Part shown: one piece after another, positions 1 through 9,720 of the stretch
How the letters are laid out: the number at the start of each line of letters is the position of its first letter
How positions within the stretch are numbered: the stretch's first letter is position 1
Assembly: GCA_963703755.1 (NCBI GenBank)
Contig: CAVPGG010000115.1
Coordinates: 3,108-67,107, forward strand
Source: an uncultured Pseudomonadota bacterium
GTDB lineage: Bacteria > Pseudomonadota > Alphaproteobacteria > Rhizobiales > Xanthobacteraceae
Length of the DNA stretch: 64,000 bases
Direction of reading: 5' to 3'
Made by a program: the position numbers and the translations under genes
The notes under the pieces: model-generated
The model's input: the letters and a program-made list of their open reading frames with translations, nothing else
Databases searched by the model: none
Told to the model about the DNA's origin: nothing

Positions 1-12
1 GCGGCGAGCGGC

Positions 13-766
13 TCACGGTCGGACAAGAATGCACCCGACCTTGCGGCTCTTCAGCTCGTCGCAGGAACGCTGCGCCGCCGCGCCATCGCCGATCGGGCCG
101 GCCTCGATGCGATAGAAAACGCCGCGCGCGCCGAGATCGGTGCGGGCGACGCGCATGTCGAGCTTGCCGAGAATGTCCGCGTGCGCGCGCTTCAGCCGGC
201 TCCATTCCTGCTGCGCCGCCTCTAGCGTTCGCACCGCGCCCACTTGCAGGCGATAGCCCGTCGCCGTCGCAGCTTGCTGCGGCACTGACGCGGGCGCCGC
301 CGCAGGCGGAGGCGTCGGCGCGACGGCGATGGCGGCTCCGCGCAGGAGCCGGCGCGGTCGTGGGAGCGGGCGGCGCGCTCGCCGCCGGGGCGGCGACCGA
401 AGCGGCTGCGGGCGGCGCTTCGGTGACGGCAGGCTCGGCCGGCACCGGGCGCGGCAGCGGCGTTTCCGGCGGCGGCAAGAGCTGCTCGACCCGCGAATTG
501 GTCGGACGCTTGTCGTTGAGGATGGAGATGTTCTGGTCGGGCACCGCCATGCCGCCGGGATTCGCGGGCGCCACCTTCACCGGCCGCTCGTCGGCACGGA
601 TGAGCGGCACTGCGCCGCCGGCGCCCTGGTGAGCGATGATGCGCCACGCCGCCCACAGGCCGGCGGCCGAAGCGCCCATCACCAGCAGCAGCACGACGAT
701 GATCAGCGGGCCGTTCCGGCGCACGGACCGCGGCTCGCCGGCTTCGAGACCCGCACGATAGGACAT
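13..766 (-). pseudogene. SPOR domain-containing protein, frame broken once (probable 1-nt insertion)
   Basis: ORF 13..285 is a C-terminal SPOR repeat ([17 protein letters not shown]). Hand translation from ATG 766 gives a typical N-terminus with one TM helix ([38 protein letters not shown]) and a Pro/Ala linker, in a different frame. The two frames meet near 335-345. The ATG overlaps the argS stop (TGATG). Confidence 0.7.
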
Positions 767-2524
767 CACCGCATCTCCTCGACCGGCTCGACGCCGAACA
801 CGGCAAGCCCCGACGCCACGACGAACGCCACGCCCTGGACGAGCGCGAGCCGCGCCAAAGTCAGCTCGCGCGCGTCGCTCGATGATGAAGCGCAGGCTCG
901 CATCGTCCTTGCCCTTGGTCCAAAGCCCGTGGAACGCGGCGGCGAGGTCGTGCAGATAGAAGGCGATGCGGTGCGGCTCGTGCGCCTCGGCGGCGCCCTC
1001 GACGATGCGCGGCCAGTTGGCGAGATGGCGGATGAGCGCGATCTCCTCGCGCTCGATCAGCCGCTCGAGCGGCGCCGCGGCCAAGGCGGCGGGCGCAATC
1101 TCCGCCGCCGCAAATGTCTCGCGCGCGTTGCGCAGCACCGACGAGGCGCGCGCATGCGCATATTGCACGTAGAAGACGGGATTGTCCTTCGACTGCTCCA
1201 CCACCTTGGCGAAGTCGAAATCGAGCGGCTGGTCGTTGCGCCGGGTCAGCATGACGAAGCGGAAGACATCCTTGCCGACCTGCTCCACCACCTCGCGCAA
1301 GGTGACGAACGTGCCGGCGCGCTTCGACATCCGCACCGGCTCGCCGCGGTCGAAGAGATTGACGAGCTGGCACAATTTCACGTCGAGCGCGCCGGCGCCG
1401 TTGGTCAGCGCCTTCACCGCCGCCTGCATGCGCTTCACATAGCCGCCGTGATCGGCGCCCCAAACGTCGATCATCTCGGCAAAGCCGCGGCGGACCTTGT
1501 CGAGGTGATAGGCCATGTCGGCGGCGAAATAGGTCCAGGAGCCGTCCGACTTTTTGAGCGGGCGGTCGACATCGTCGCCGAACTGGCTCGCGCGGAAGAG
1601 CGTGAGCGGCACCGGCTCCCAATCCTCGGGCAGCATGCCCTTGGGCGGCTCGAGCGTGCCGACATAGACGAGGTTCGCCGCTTCGAGCATGCGCAGCGCG
1701 TCCTCGATCGCGCCCGAGGCAACGAGCGCGCGCTCGGAGGTGAACACGTCCTGCCGCACGCCGAGCTCCGCAAGATCGGCGCGAATGAGCGCCATCATCT
1801 CCGCGACCGCGAATTCGCGCAGCGCGGCGAGCCACTGCCTCTGCCGATGCGCCGAGCCATTTCTTGCCGTCGCGCGCGACGAGCGTCCGCGCGGTGTCCT
1901 TGAGATAATCGCCGGGATAAAGCCCTCGGGGATCGCAGCCACGCTCTCGCCCAGCGCCTCGCGGTAGCGCAGATGGAGCGACCGCGCCAAGCATATCGAC
2001 CTGCGCGCCGGCATCGTTGATGTAATATTCGCGGCAGACGGCGAAGCCCGCCTTGGCGAGGAGTGCGGCGAGCGCGTCGCCCACCACCGCGACTGCGGCC
2101 ATGGCCGACATGGAGCGGCCCGGTCGGGTTGACCGAAACATATTCGACATTGACCTTGCGGCCTTGGCCCAGGGTCGCGTCGCCATAGGACCGGCCGGCG
2201 CGCAGCAGCTCGGCAAGCCGCGCGTGCCAGAACGAATCCGCGAGCCGCAGATTGAGAAAGCCGGGCCCGGCGGTCTCGACCGCGCTCACGTCGGGAAGGC
2301 GCTCGAGCCGCGCCTTGAGCAGCGCGGCGAGCGCCTTGGGCGCCATGCTGCGCCGCTTTCGCCAGCACCATGGCGGCGTTGGTCGAGAGATCGCCATGCG
2401 CGGGATCGCGCGGCGGCTCGACCGCCACGCGCCGCGCATCGAGCCCCGCTGCGAGTTCGCCGGCGCGCGCGAGCGCCTCGATCTCGCCGACGATCAGACG
2501 CTGGAAATGCGAAAACAGATTCAT
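766..2524 (-). pseudogene. argS: arginine--tRNA ligase, multiply frameshifted in this sequence
   Basis: Hand translation from ATG 2524 starts [18 protein letters not shown]. It contains the HIGH motif [10 protein letters not shown] (~2101-2130), [35 protein letters not shown] and [17 protein letters not shown]. The C-terminus is [10 protein letters not shown] with the stop at 768-766. The protein changes minus frame near 2350, 2095, 1990, 1922, 1835 and 885. The stretch from 1834 to ~890 is one clean frame. ORFs 1795..2439 and 861..2216 each contain only short true segments. Confidence 0.9.
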
Positions 2525-3686
2525 CACGTCGTCGCGTAGCGGTCGAACAGGCGCCAATGCTCGTCGAGCGCGAAGCGGTCGGTCATGCCGGCGATGTAGT
2601 CGGCGACGGTGCGCACGGTCTCCGCCGCGTCGGGGCCGCGCGTCTGCACGCGCCACTCGGTCGGCAGGCAGAGCGGCTCGGCGCAGAACAGCGCGAACAG
2701 CTCGCCGACGATGCGCTTCGCCTTCGCCGCCATGCGGCTCACCCGGTAGTGGCGGTACATGCGCTCCATGAGAAACGCCCGGAGCGCGCGGTCGTTGGCA
2801 CGCATCGGCTCGGAGAAGGCGGCGACCGGCCGGCCGAGCCCGCGAATATCGGCGACGGTCTCGATCGCGCGCCTCCTCGATCCGCCGCCGCGTCTCGCCG
2901 ACGAGATCGTTCACCATGCGGTCGATGAGCCGGCGGATCGCCTCGTGCACGAGGCGCGGCTCCTCGAGTCCGGGATGGCGCGAAGCGACTTCGGCGAAGA
3001 CGGGGCCGACGAACGGCAGATCGGCGAGGTCCTTCACGCTGAAGAGCTGGGCGCGCAAACCATCGTCGATGTCGTGATTGTTGTAGGCGATGTCGTCGGA
3101 GAGCGCCGCAACCTGCGCCTCGGCCGAGGGCCAGGTCGCCAGCTCGAGATCGTGCCGCGTGACATAGTCGGCGATGGTGAAGGGCAGCGTCGCCCGGGCG
3201 AGCGGGCCGTTATGCTTCACCGTGCCTTCGAGCGTCTCCCAGGTGAGGTTCAATCCGTCGAACCCGGCATAGCGCCGTTCGAGGCGAGTGAGGATGCGCA
3301 GGGTCTGATCGTTGTGCGAGAAGCCGCCATGCTGCTTCATCGCCGCATCGAGCGCCTCCTCGCCGGCATGGCCGAACGGCGTGTGGCCGAGATCGTGCGC
3401 CAGCGCCAGCGCCTCGGCCAAATCCTCGTTGAGGCCGAGCGCGCGGGCGATGCTGCGCGCGATCTGCGCGACCTCGAGGCTGTGCGTCAGGCGCGTGCGG
3501 TAATGGTCGCCCTCGTGCGAGACGAAGACCTGCGTCTTGTATTGCAGCCGGCGGAAGGCGGTCGAGTGGATGATGCGGTCGCGGTCGCGCTGGAACGCCG
3601 TGCGCGTCGGGCTTTCGGGCTCGGCATGGAGCCGGCCGCGGCTCGATTTCGGGGCGGGATGAATAAGGGGCCAAGCCCGGCATCAT
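2524..3686 (-). pseudogene. dgt: dGTP triphosphohydrolase-like HD-domain protein, two frameshifts
   Basis: Hand translation gives [77 protein letters not shown] and [13 protein letters not shown]. The C-terminal 93 aa equal ORF 2524..2805. The N-terminal [10 protein letters not shown] (ATG 3686) lies in the frame of ORF 3210..3746. Shifts occur near 3655 and 2865. The stop overlaps the argS ATG (TGATG). Confidence 0.85.
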
Positions 3687-3796
3687 GGCACGGCAACCTA
3701 GCCCCTCGGGCCGCGCCGGCGCAACTTTGCGGCGGCAATTTGACATAGCGCGCGGATTGCCTAGATAAAGGGGCGCAGAATCTCAAGGAGTGCGCC

Positions 3797-4273
3797 ATGG
3801 CCGACGGCCGCGGCAATCCGCCCGACTTGCACGTGACGCTGACCGAGAGCGCGGCGCGGCGAATCGCCGAGCTCAAGACAAAGGAAGGCGCGCCCAATTC
3901 CTTCCTGCGCCTGGCCGTGTCCGGCGGCGGCTGCTCGGGCTTCCAGTACGGCTTCACCTTCGATGACGACCGGCGCGACGACGATCTCGTCTTCGCGCGC
4001 GACGGCGTCGAGCTGGTGATCGACGAAACCTCGCTCGACCTCGTCAAGGGCGCCGAGATCGATTTCATCGAAGACATGATGGGCGCCTATTTCCAGGTCC
4101 GCAATCCCAACGCCGCCTCGTCCTGCGGCTGCGGCAATTCCTTCTCCGTCGGTCGACAGCCGCCTTTTGCGCGGCCGTTCCCAGGCCGCTACTCACCGCT
4201 AAGGACGTTTCGGCGCGCTGGAAGCGTCGCGGACGCCGCTTTTGGCTTCCGCGTATCCCGGCAGAAATGCTAG
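3797..4273 (+). CDS. erpA: iron-sulfur cluster insertion protein ErpA (HesB/IscA family) with an abnormal 40-codon C-terminal extension
   Basis: ORF 3797..4273 contains RLAVSGGGCSGFQYGF and the family C-terminal motif SCGCGNSFSV, which ends at ~4150. Family members normally terminate right after this motif, but here 40 more codons follow (GRQPPFARP..SRQKC). Confidence 0.85.
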   Translation: MADGRGNPPDLHVTLTESAARRIAELKTKEGAPNSFLRLAVSGGGCSGFQYGFTFDDDRRDDDLVFARDGVELVIDETSLDLVKGAEIDFIEDMMGAYFQVRNPNAASSCGCGNSFSVGRQPPFARPFPGRYSPLRTFRRAGSVADAAFGFRVSRQKC

Positions 4274-4309
4274 CGTTCGTGCCGCCTTTGCTTATCGGCG
4301 GCTGATCCG

Positions 4310-5912
4310 ATGCTGTTCAACTCGCACGAATTCCTCTTCGTTTTTCTGCCGCTGACGCTTGTCGGCTATTATCTCGTTTCTACGCCATAGCGCCGTCGCG
4401 GGAATTCGGCACGCTCTTCGCGGCATCGCTGTTCTTTTACGCTTGGTGGGACGTGCGGTATCTCGCGCTTCTCCATCGGATCGATCCTGGTCAATTACGG
4501 GCTGGGCCGCGTCCTCACGGCAAGAGGTGCCCGAGCGGCAGTCGGGGGTTTTGCTCGCCGTGGGCATTACCTTCAATCTGGCCCTGCTGGCGGTCTTCAA
4601 ATACGCGAATTTCTTCGTCGGGACTGTGGATGATGTCCTCGGGACCCAATTCACCCTCGGACACATCGTTCTGCCGCTCGGCATATCCTTTTTCACTTTC
4701 GAGCAGATCACTTTTCTCGTCACGCGCGGCGCGGTCAGACGCGGAAAGGCAGCCTGCTGCGCTACGCCTTCTTCGTCGCATTCTTTCCCCGCCTCGTCGC
4801 CGGTCCGATCCTGCGCTATCGCGAGATCGGCCCGCAGCTTCCCCATGACGGCCGACGCGGGCTCGATGTTTCCGATCTTGCCGTCGGCATCACCATGCTG
4901 TTCATTGGCCTCGCCAAGAAATCCTTTCTCGCCGACGGTATCGCGCAGTATTCCTCGCCCGTCTTCGCCGCCGCCGCCGCCGGTCGGCCGCTCGACTTCT
5001 TTTTCGCCTGGGGTGGCGCCCTTGCCTACACCCTCCAGTCTCATTTCGATTTTTCCGGTTACTCGGACATGGCGATCGGGCTCGCGCGGTGCTGCGGCAT
5101 CCGCTTCCCGATGAATTTCTCTCGCCTTACAAGGCGACGAGCATCATCGAGTTCTGGCGCCGCTGGCACATGACCCTGTCCGCGCTTTCTCCGCGATCAC
5201 CTTTAACTGCCGCTCGGCGGAAACCGCCGCTGGCAAGCTCCGCCGCCATGTCAACCCGACCATCATGATCACCAGTGCTTTCTCGGCGGGGACCGCTGGC
5301 ACGGCGCGAAGCTGGACCTTCGTGCTGCGGGGCGGTTGCACAGGCCCTCCACCTCATCGTCAACCACGGCTGGCGGGCGCTCTGGGCGCCTCCGTACCGG
5401 CCGTTTGACAGCGACGCGCGCCGGCTCGATCATCTGTTCGTCTGACCTTCCTTGCCGCGGTGGTCGGCTGGGTGTTCTTCCGCGCGCCGAGCGAAGAGCG
5501 CGGCGCTCGCGATGCTGCGCGGCATGAGTGGGGGAACGGGATTCCATCCCCGAAGGGCTTGGCCTTCGTCTTCGGGCAGGAACGCCATTGGCTGACCGCC
5601 TTGGGGATCGCCTTCGTCGAAGGAATCCGGCGCGCAGCTCATCCGGAGCTATCTCTGGATCGCGGCGCTGCTGAGCCTCGCGCTGCTCTTCCCGAGCACG
5701 CTGAGGAACTGCTTGCCGATCGGCAGCCGGCGCTCGATTTCGATCGTGCGCTGCCGCGCCGACCATGGCGGCGCGGATTCCCACCGCGATCCTGGCCGGT
5801 CGCCGTCGCCGGGCTGGGCGGTGGCGGTCGGCGCCATCGCATTCCTGGGGATGTATCGATCACCAGGGCCAGCGATCTCGACGGCAATTCTCCAGCTAGG
5901 CGGCCGGCATGA
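4310..5912 (+). pseudogene. MBOAT family O-acyltransferase (AlgI/DltB-like), many frameshifts and a premature stop
   Basis: Pieces of one MBOAT protein are spread over all three plus frames. They are: MLFNSHEFLFVFLPLTLVGYYLV (ATG 4310, in-frame TAG 4388-4390); LFFYAWWDVRYLALL; GITFNLALLAVFKYANFFVGT..LPLGISFFTFEQITFLV (ORF 4359..5114); SLLRYAFFVAFFPRLVAGPILRYREIGPQL; DFSGYSDMAIGLARCCGIRFPMNF (ORF 4895..5173); SIIEFWRRWHMTLS; and VVGWVFFRAPS (ORF 5460..5912). TGA 5910-5912 overlaps the next ATG (ATGA). Confidence 0.8.
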
Positions 5913-7167
5913 ACCCGCGCCGCCTACCTCTTTATCTGGTCGCCGCCACCTGTGCCGGGTTTGGCGCCGCTGACCGTGGCCTTCACCATCCTGGTCCATC
6001 CCTATCGCATCTACGGGACCCAGACGCTCCCCGCCTGACCGCGCTGAAACCCAGGGTCTATGAGCAGGTCGGCAGTGCCAAAACCCGTCAATTGGAGCGG
6101 GTGCGGCCCGCGACCCTGGTCGGGAATATCCGTGTGGAAATCGAGCTCCATCCGACCGGCCCGCTGTGGCCGGCGGATAGCGGGCCGGTGTTCAACGCGG
6201 CGGAGGCGGGACCGGGCCTGTTCACCGCGTGGCGAATGCTCCAGGAGGCGATCGCCGTCGGTCCTCCCCGCACCGCCGTCCTCGGGCTCGACATCTTTGA
6301 TTTCCTGTCCACGCGCGATGGCGCCGCCACTGGCCCGCCGCCGGTCAGCAGCGACGAGCGCCGCCTGCTGGTCGGACGCGACGGCGAGCCCAATCCGGCG
6401 CGGGCCGCGCAAATCTGGCGGCACCGGCTGACGACGACGCTGACGATCGACGCGCTGCTCGATAGCGTCGAGACGGTGCTCGACCAGAACCCCGAGACAA
6501 GCGTGACGATGACGCCCGAGGGATTCAATCCGCTGCACGACTATCGCCTTCTCGTCGCGCGCAGCGGCTACCGCGAGCTGTTCGCGCAAAAGACCGCGAT
6601 CTACGAAGCCCAGTACCGCCATTACGTGAAATCGGATTTCAGCGACCCCGGCGCCAATGCCGGCTTCCGCAACTTCGAGCGCATCCTGCAGACGGCGCGG
6701 GCGCATCACGTCGCCCTCGTCCTCTACATTCATCCCTATCATGCCGATTATCTCGGTACACTGCACCGCGTGGGGCTGTGGGACAGCTTCGAAGCCTGGA
6801 AACGCGCGCTCGTGAAGGTAATCGAACGGACGGGAGACGGCCGGCCCGCGGCCGTTCGGCTCCTCGATTTTTCCGGCGACCACGCCTACACCACCGAAGC
6901 AGTGCCCGACGCCGGCGACCGGCGCGCGGAGATGCGCTGGTACTGGGAGCCCGGTCATTACAAATCCACGCTCGGCGACCTCTGTCCTCGGCGCGTCTAT
7001 TCGATGAACGCGTTTCCGGGCGGATTCCGCAATGGGGCCGCACGCTCGACGCGAGCACGATCGAAGGGACTCTGGCTGACATCCGGCGCGACAGGACGGC
7101 TTATCTGGAACGCATCGCCACGGCGCAGCCCCATTCAGAGGCTCTAACAGGGAGCGAGGTTCCATGA
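5909..7167 (+). pseudogene. hypothetical protein coupled to the MBOAT gene (probable periplasmic partner), several frameshifts
   Basis: ORF 5909..7147 carries most of the protein. By hand, an N-terminal TM segment (LAPLTVAFTILVHPYRIYGTQTLP) and the C-terminal ~45 aa (tail of ORF 6778..7167: GRTLDASTIEGTLADIRRDRTAYLERIA) lie in other frames. Shifts occur near 5965, 6035 and ~6990. Both ends are ATGA-coupled to their neighbours. I recognise no family. The functional call rests on position only. Confidence 0.55.
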
Positions 7168-7961
7168 AGATCGCGACCTGGAACGTCAACTCGGTTAAGG
7201 CCAGGCTCACGCATCTCCTCGCCTGGCGCGAAGAGGCGAAGCCCGACGGTACTGCGCCTGCAAGAGAGAAACGCCTCGATGCCGATTTTCCGGCGCTCAA
7301 GATCAAGGGCCTGGGCTATCACATCGAGACCTTGGGGCAGCGCAGCTATAACGGCGTCGCCATCCTGTCGAAGGAGCCCGCGCGCGACATCGTCCGCGGC
7401 CTGCCGGGCGATGACAGCGACCCGCAGGGCGCGCTATATCGAGGCGACCATCGGCGATTTGCCGCTGTTCGCCTCGATCTATCTGCCGAACGGCAACTCC
7501 CGTCGGCATCTGAGAAATACAGCTTATAAGCTCGCCTGGATTGCGGCGGCTCCGAGGCGCACGCGGGCGCGCTGCTCGAGAACCGAGCCGCCCGTGGCGT
7601 CCTCGCCGGCGACTACAACATCTGCCCGACCGACGACGATGTCTATGATCCGGCCGCGTGGCGGCAAGGATGTGCGCGCCGTCCGGAATTGCGCGGTGAC
7701 TCTTTGGCGTGCTGCTCAATATGGGGCTCATCGACGCGTTCCGCGTCCATCACCCCGAGCCGCACCGCTACAGTTTCTGGGATTATCAGGCCGGCCGCTG
7801 GATGCGCGACGAAGGCCTCGAGGATCGACCATCTGCTGCTGACGCCGCAGGCGGCCGACCGGCTTGCCGCGACCGACATCGACCGCATGCTGCGCGGCCT
7901 GCTACAGGCGCTGAACGCCACCGTCCGGTGCGAGATCGCCGATCAGAACTTCAGGCTGTAG
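7164..7961 (+). pseudogene. xthA: exodeoxyribonuclease III (AP endonuclease family), at least six frameshifts
   Basis: Fragments are scattered over three plus frames. They are: MKIATWNVNSVKARLTHLLAW (ATG 7164); YNGVAILSK; ARYIEATIGDLPLFASIYLPNGNS (frame of ORF 7279..7842); VLAGDYNICPTDDDVYDPAAWRQ; LLNMGLIDAFRVHHPEPHRYSFWDYQAGRWMRDEGL (ORF 7709..8059); and RIDHLLLTPQAADRL (ORF 7689..7961). Confidence 0.85.
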
Positions 7962-7985
7962 CGCAGATGGAGATTGTTGAGCTCG

Positions 7986-8681
7986 TTATGCTCGTCGAAT
8001 CGCCACCAGCTTGGGAAAGAACGTCTCCGGCGTCGCCTTGCCGTTGCGCGACTCGGTGAAGTTGCGCTGCGTCAGCTTGAGATAGACGTTGGGATATTTG
8101 GCCAGCGCGAACAGGCTCTCGGCCGCCGCATAGGGCGGGCCGTCCTCGAGTGCCGGACGCCCGCAATGATCGAGCAGGATGCGCACCTTGGGAAAGCGCT
8201 CGGCCATGCGGATCATCTGCGGCAGGCCCTTGGCCGACATCTGCAGGCAGATCGACAGCCCGAGCTCCCCCGCCCATTCCCACGCCGGGTAGCTCTGCGG
8301 ATCGTCGAGCCACGACGCCTGGTTCTGCATGGTGCTGCCGAAGGTGAACAGCCGCATGCCGCTGAGCTTCCGGCCGACCCAGTGGCGCATGCGTTCGGGC
8401 GCGTCGGCCGCGAGCACGTCGACCGAGAACACGCCGGTGAAGCGATCCGGATGCGCCGCGACCGCGTCGGCGACGTAAGAGTTGTCGTGCCCGTAGCAGG
8501 TCGAGGCTTGCACGATCGCGGCCTTGGCGACGTCCGCCTTGTCCATGGCGACGAGCATCTGCTCGGTCGTTACCGGCCGCGTGCGCGACCAGTCGGACTG
8601 ATGCCCGCCCAGCGGCGCCAGCGGATAGCGCTTGGTGTCGTCGGCGATGATGTGCGGGTGGATGTCGATCACGGTCGGCAT
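7986..8681 (-). CDS. amidohydrolase family protein (PF04909-like, LigI/ACMSD/lactonase type), C-terminally truncated relative to its neighbour
   Basis: These are the last 231 codons of ORF 7986..9662, starting MPTVIDIHPHIIADD (ATG 8681). The protein aligns along its length with the adjacent 283-aa paralogue but ends ~50 residues early (TFFPKLVAIRRA*). Confidence 0.8.
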   Translation of the reverse strand: MPTVIDIHPHIIADDTKRYPLAPLGGHQSDWSRTRPVTTEQMLVAMDKADVAKAAIVQASTCYGHDNSYVADAVAAHPDRFTGVFSVDVLAADAPERMRHWVGRKLSGMRLFTFGSTMQNQASWLDDPQSYPAWEWAGELGLSICLQMSAKGLPQMIRMAERFPKVRILLDHCGRPALEDGPPYAAAESLFALAKYPNVYLKLTQRNFTESRNGKATPETFFPKLVAIRRA

Positions 8682-8755
8682 GGCGGTTCCTTCTGTTGCG
8701 CGCATGTTCCGGCGAAGTGGACGCCGGTTCGCCGACAAGAACATGCGCAAATGAA

Positions 8756-9607
8756 TCAGTCGGCAAGACGCGGATAGAGCGCCTGTGCGGTCTTGCCGAA
8801 GATCCAGTCGCGTTCGGCCTCGCTCGCGAACGCGAACGCGGCCTGCGCGGTCTTGAGGATGGCGGCGAGCGGGCCGGCGGTGGCCGGGAAGTTCGAGCCC
8901 CAGGCGATGCGCGCGGCGCCGAACGCCTTGATGACGGCGGCGAAGAACGTCTGCGGCGTCGCCTTGCCCCAGTCCTTCGGCGTGACGTTGACGGGCGTGA
9001 CTTTGAGGAAAACCTGGCCGTAGCGCGCGAGGTCGAAGAACGGCTGGTCGGCCGCGTAGGGCGGGCCCTCGACGAGCTGCGGCCGCGCCAGATGGTCGAG
9101 GATGATGCGCACCTTGGGGAAGCGCTCCATCAGGCCGCGCAGCTGCGGAAATCCTTGCGGCGTCATCTGCATGCACACCGGCAGTCCGGCCGCGCCGGCG
9201 TACTCCCAGGCCGGGAACGAGCGCGGATCGTCGAACCAGGTGGCCTGCCCCGGCATCGTGCTGCCGGTGGTGAAGAGCCGCATGCCGGAAAAGCCCTTGC
9301 CGATCCACAATTTCATCTTTTCGACCGCGTCGGGCGCGAGCACGTCGACCGAGAACACGCCGGTGAAGCGCCGCGGATAGGCGGCGATCGCCTCGGCGAC
9401 GTACGAGTTGTCGTGGCCGTAGGCGGTCGAGGCCTGCACGATCGCCGACTTGGCGACGCCGGCCGCGTCCATCTCGCGGATCATGTCCTGCCACGAGGTC
9501 GGCCGATCGCGCGACCAGGTCGACTGCGTGCCGCCGAGCGGCGCCAGCGGAAAGCGTGCGGTGTCGGTCGCGATGACGTGCGGATGGATGTCGATGATGG
9601 GTGCCAT
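8756..9607 (-). CDS. amidohydrolase family protein (PF04909-like)
   Basis: ORF 8756..9607 (283 aa) starts MAPIIDIHPHVIATD and continues ..YGHDNSYVAEAI..RIILDHLARP..WGSNFP. It is a tandem paralogue of 7986..8681. Confidence 0.88.
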   Translation of the reverse strand: MAPIIDIHPHVIATDTARFPLAPLGGTQSTWSRDRPTSWQDMIREMDAAGVAKSAIVQASTAYGHDNSYVAEAIAAYPRRFTGVFSVDVLAPDAVEKMKLWIGKGFSGMRLFTTGSTMPGQATWFDDPRSFPAWEYAGAAGLPVCMQMTPQGFPQLRGLMERFPKVRIILDHLARPQLVEGPPYAADQPFFDLARYGQVFLKVTPVNVTPKDWGKATPQTFFAAVIKAFGAARIAWGSNFPATAGPLAAILKTAQAAFAFASEAERDWIFGKTAQALYPRLAD

Positions 9608-9618
9608 GGGTCAAGCTC

Positions 9619-9720
9619 GTAGGGTGGGCAAAATCGCCTTCTCGTGTTATCCGCGTGGGCAAAGGCGATTGGCGATTATGCCCACGCGGTGATGCGGTGC
9701 CACGCCTTTGCCCACCCTAC
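9619..9720. repeat. nested palindromic intergenic element
   Basis: The outer 14-bp inverted repeat is perfect: GTAGGGTGGGCAAA (9619-9632) and TTTGCCCACCCTAC (9707-9720). The inner inverted repeat is GCGTGGGCA (9653-9661) and TGCCCACGC (9679-9687). The element fills the spacer between two convergently or tandemly arranged minus-strand genes. Confidence 0.7.

Noticed and set aside
329-1903. Long Arg/Ala/Gly-rich ORFs in the track look like large genes. Examples are 329..1903 +, 9949..11883 -, 13613..16258 +, 17041..19332 +, 34996..36945 -, 40647..42200 -, 44143..46107 - and 57421..60114 -.
   Set aside because: They are antisense or alternate-frame readings of recognisable genes. Stop codons are rare in any frame of such GC-rich DNA. 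Their composition (runs of R, A, G, P) and the lack of any domain mark them as artefacts.
1-3650. One minus-strand frame appears to stay open from about 3650 to the left window edge, which would be more than 1,200 codons. This could be mistaken for a giant gene.
   Set aside because: It is a concatenation of true segments of dgt, argS and the SPOR gene, which happen to share that frame, joined by stop-free out-of-frame stretches. It also explains why the real frames of these genes are missing from the ORF track. I checked most but not all of the stretch by hand.
7943-8005. A short minus-frame reading ..FDEHNELNNLHLRYSLKF* resembles the C-terminal beta-strand of an outer-membrane beta-barrel protein. 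It could be a gene remnant at the xthA/amidohydrolase junction.
   Set aside because: Only ~18 residues are involved, and upstream the frame is just an out-of-frame reading of the amidohydrolase. This is too short to distinguish from chance. It is noted only as a possible clue to the junction.
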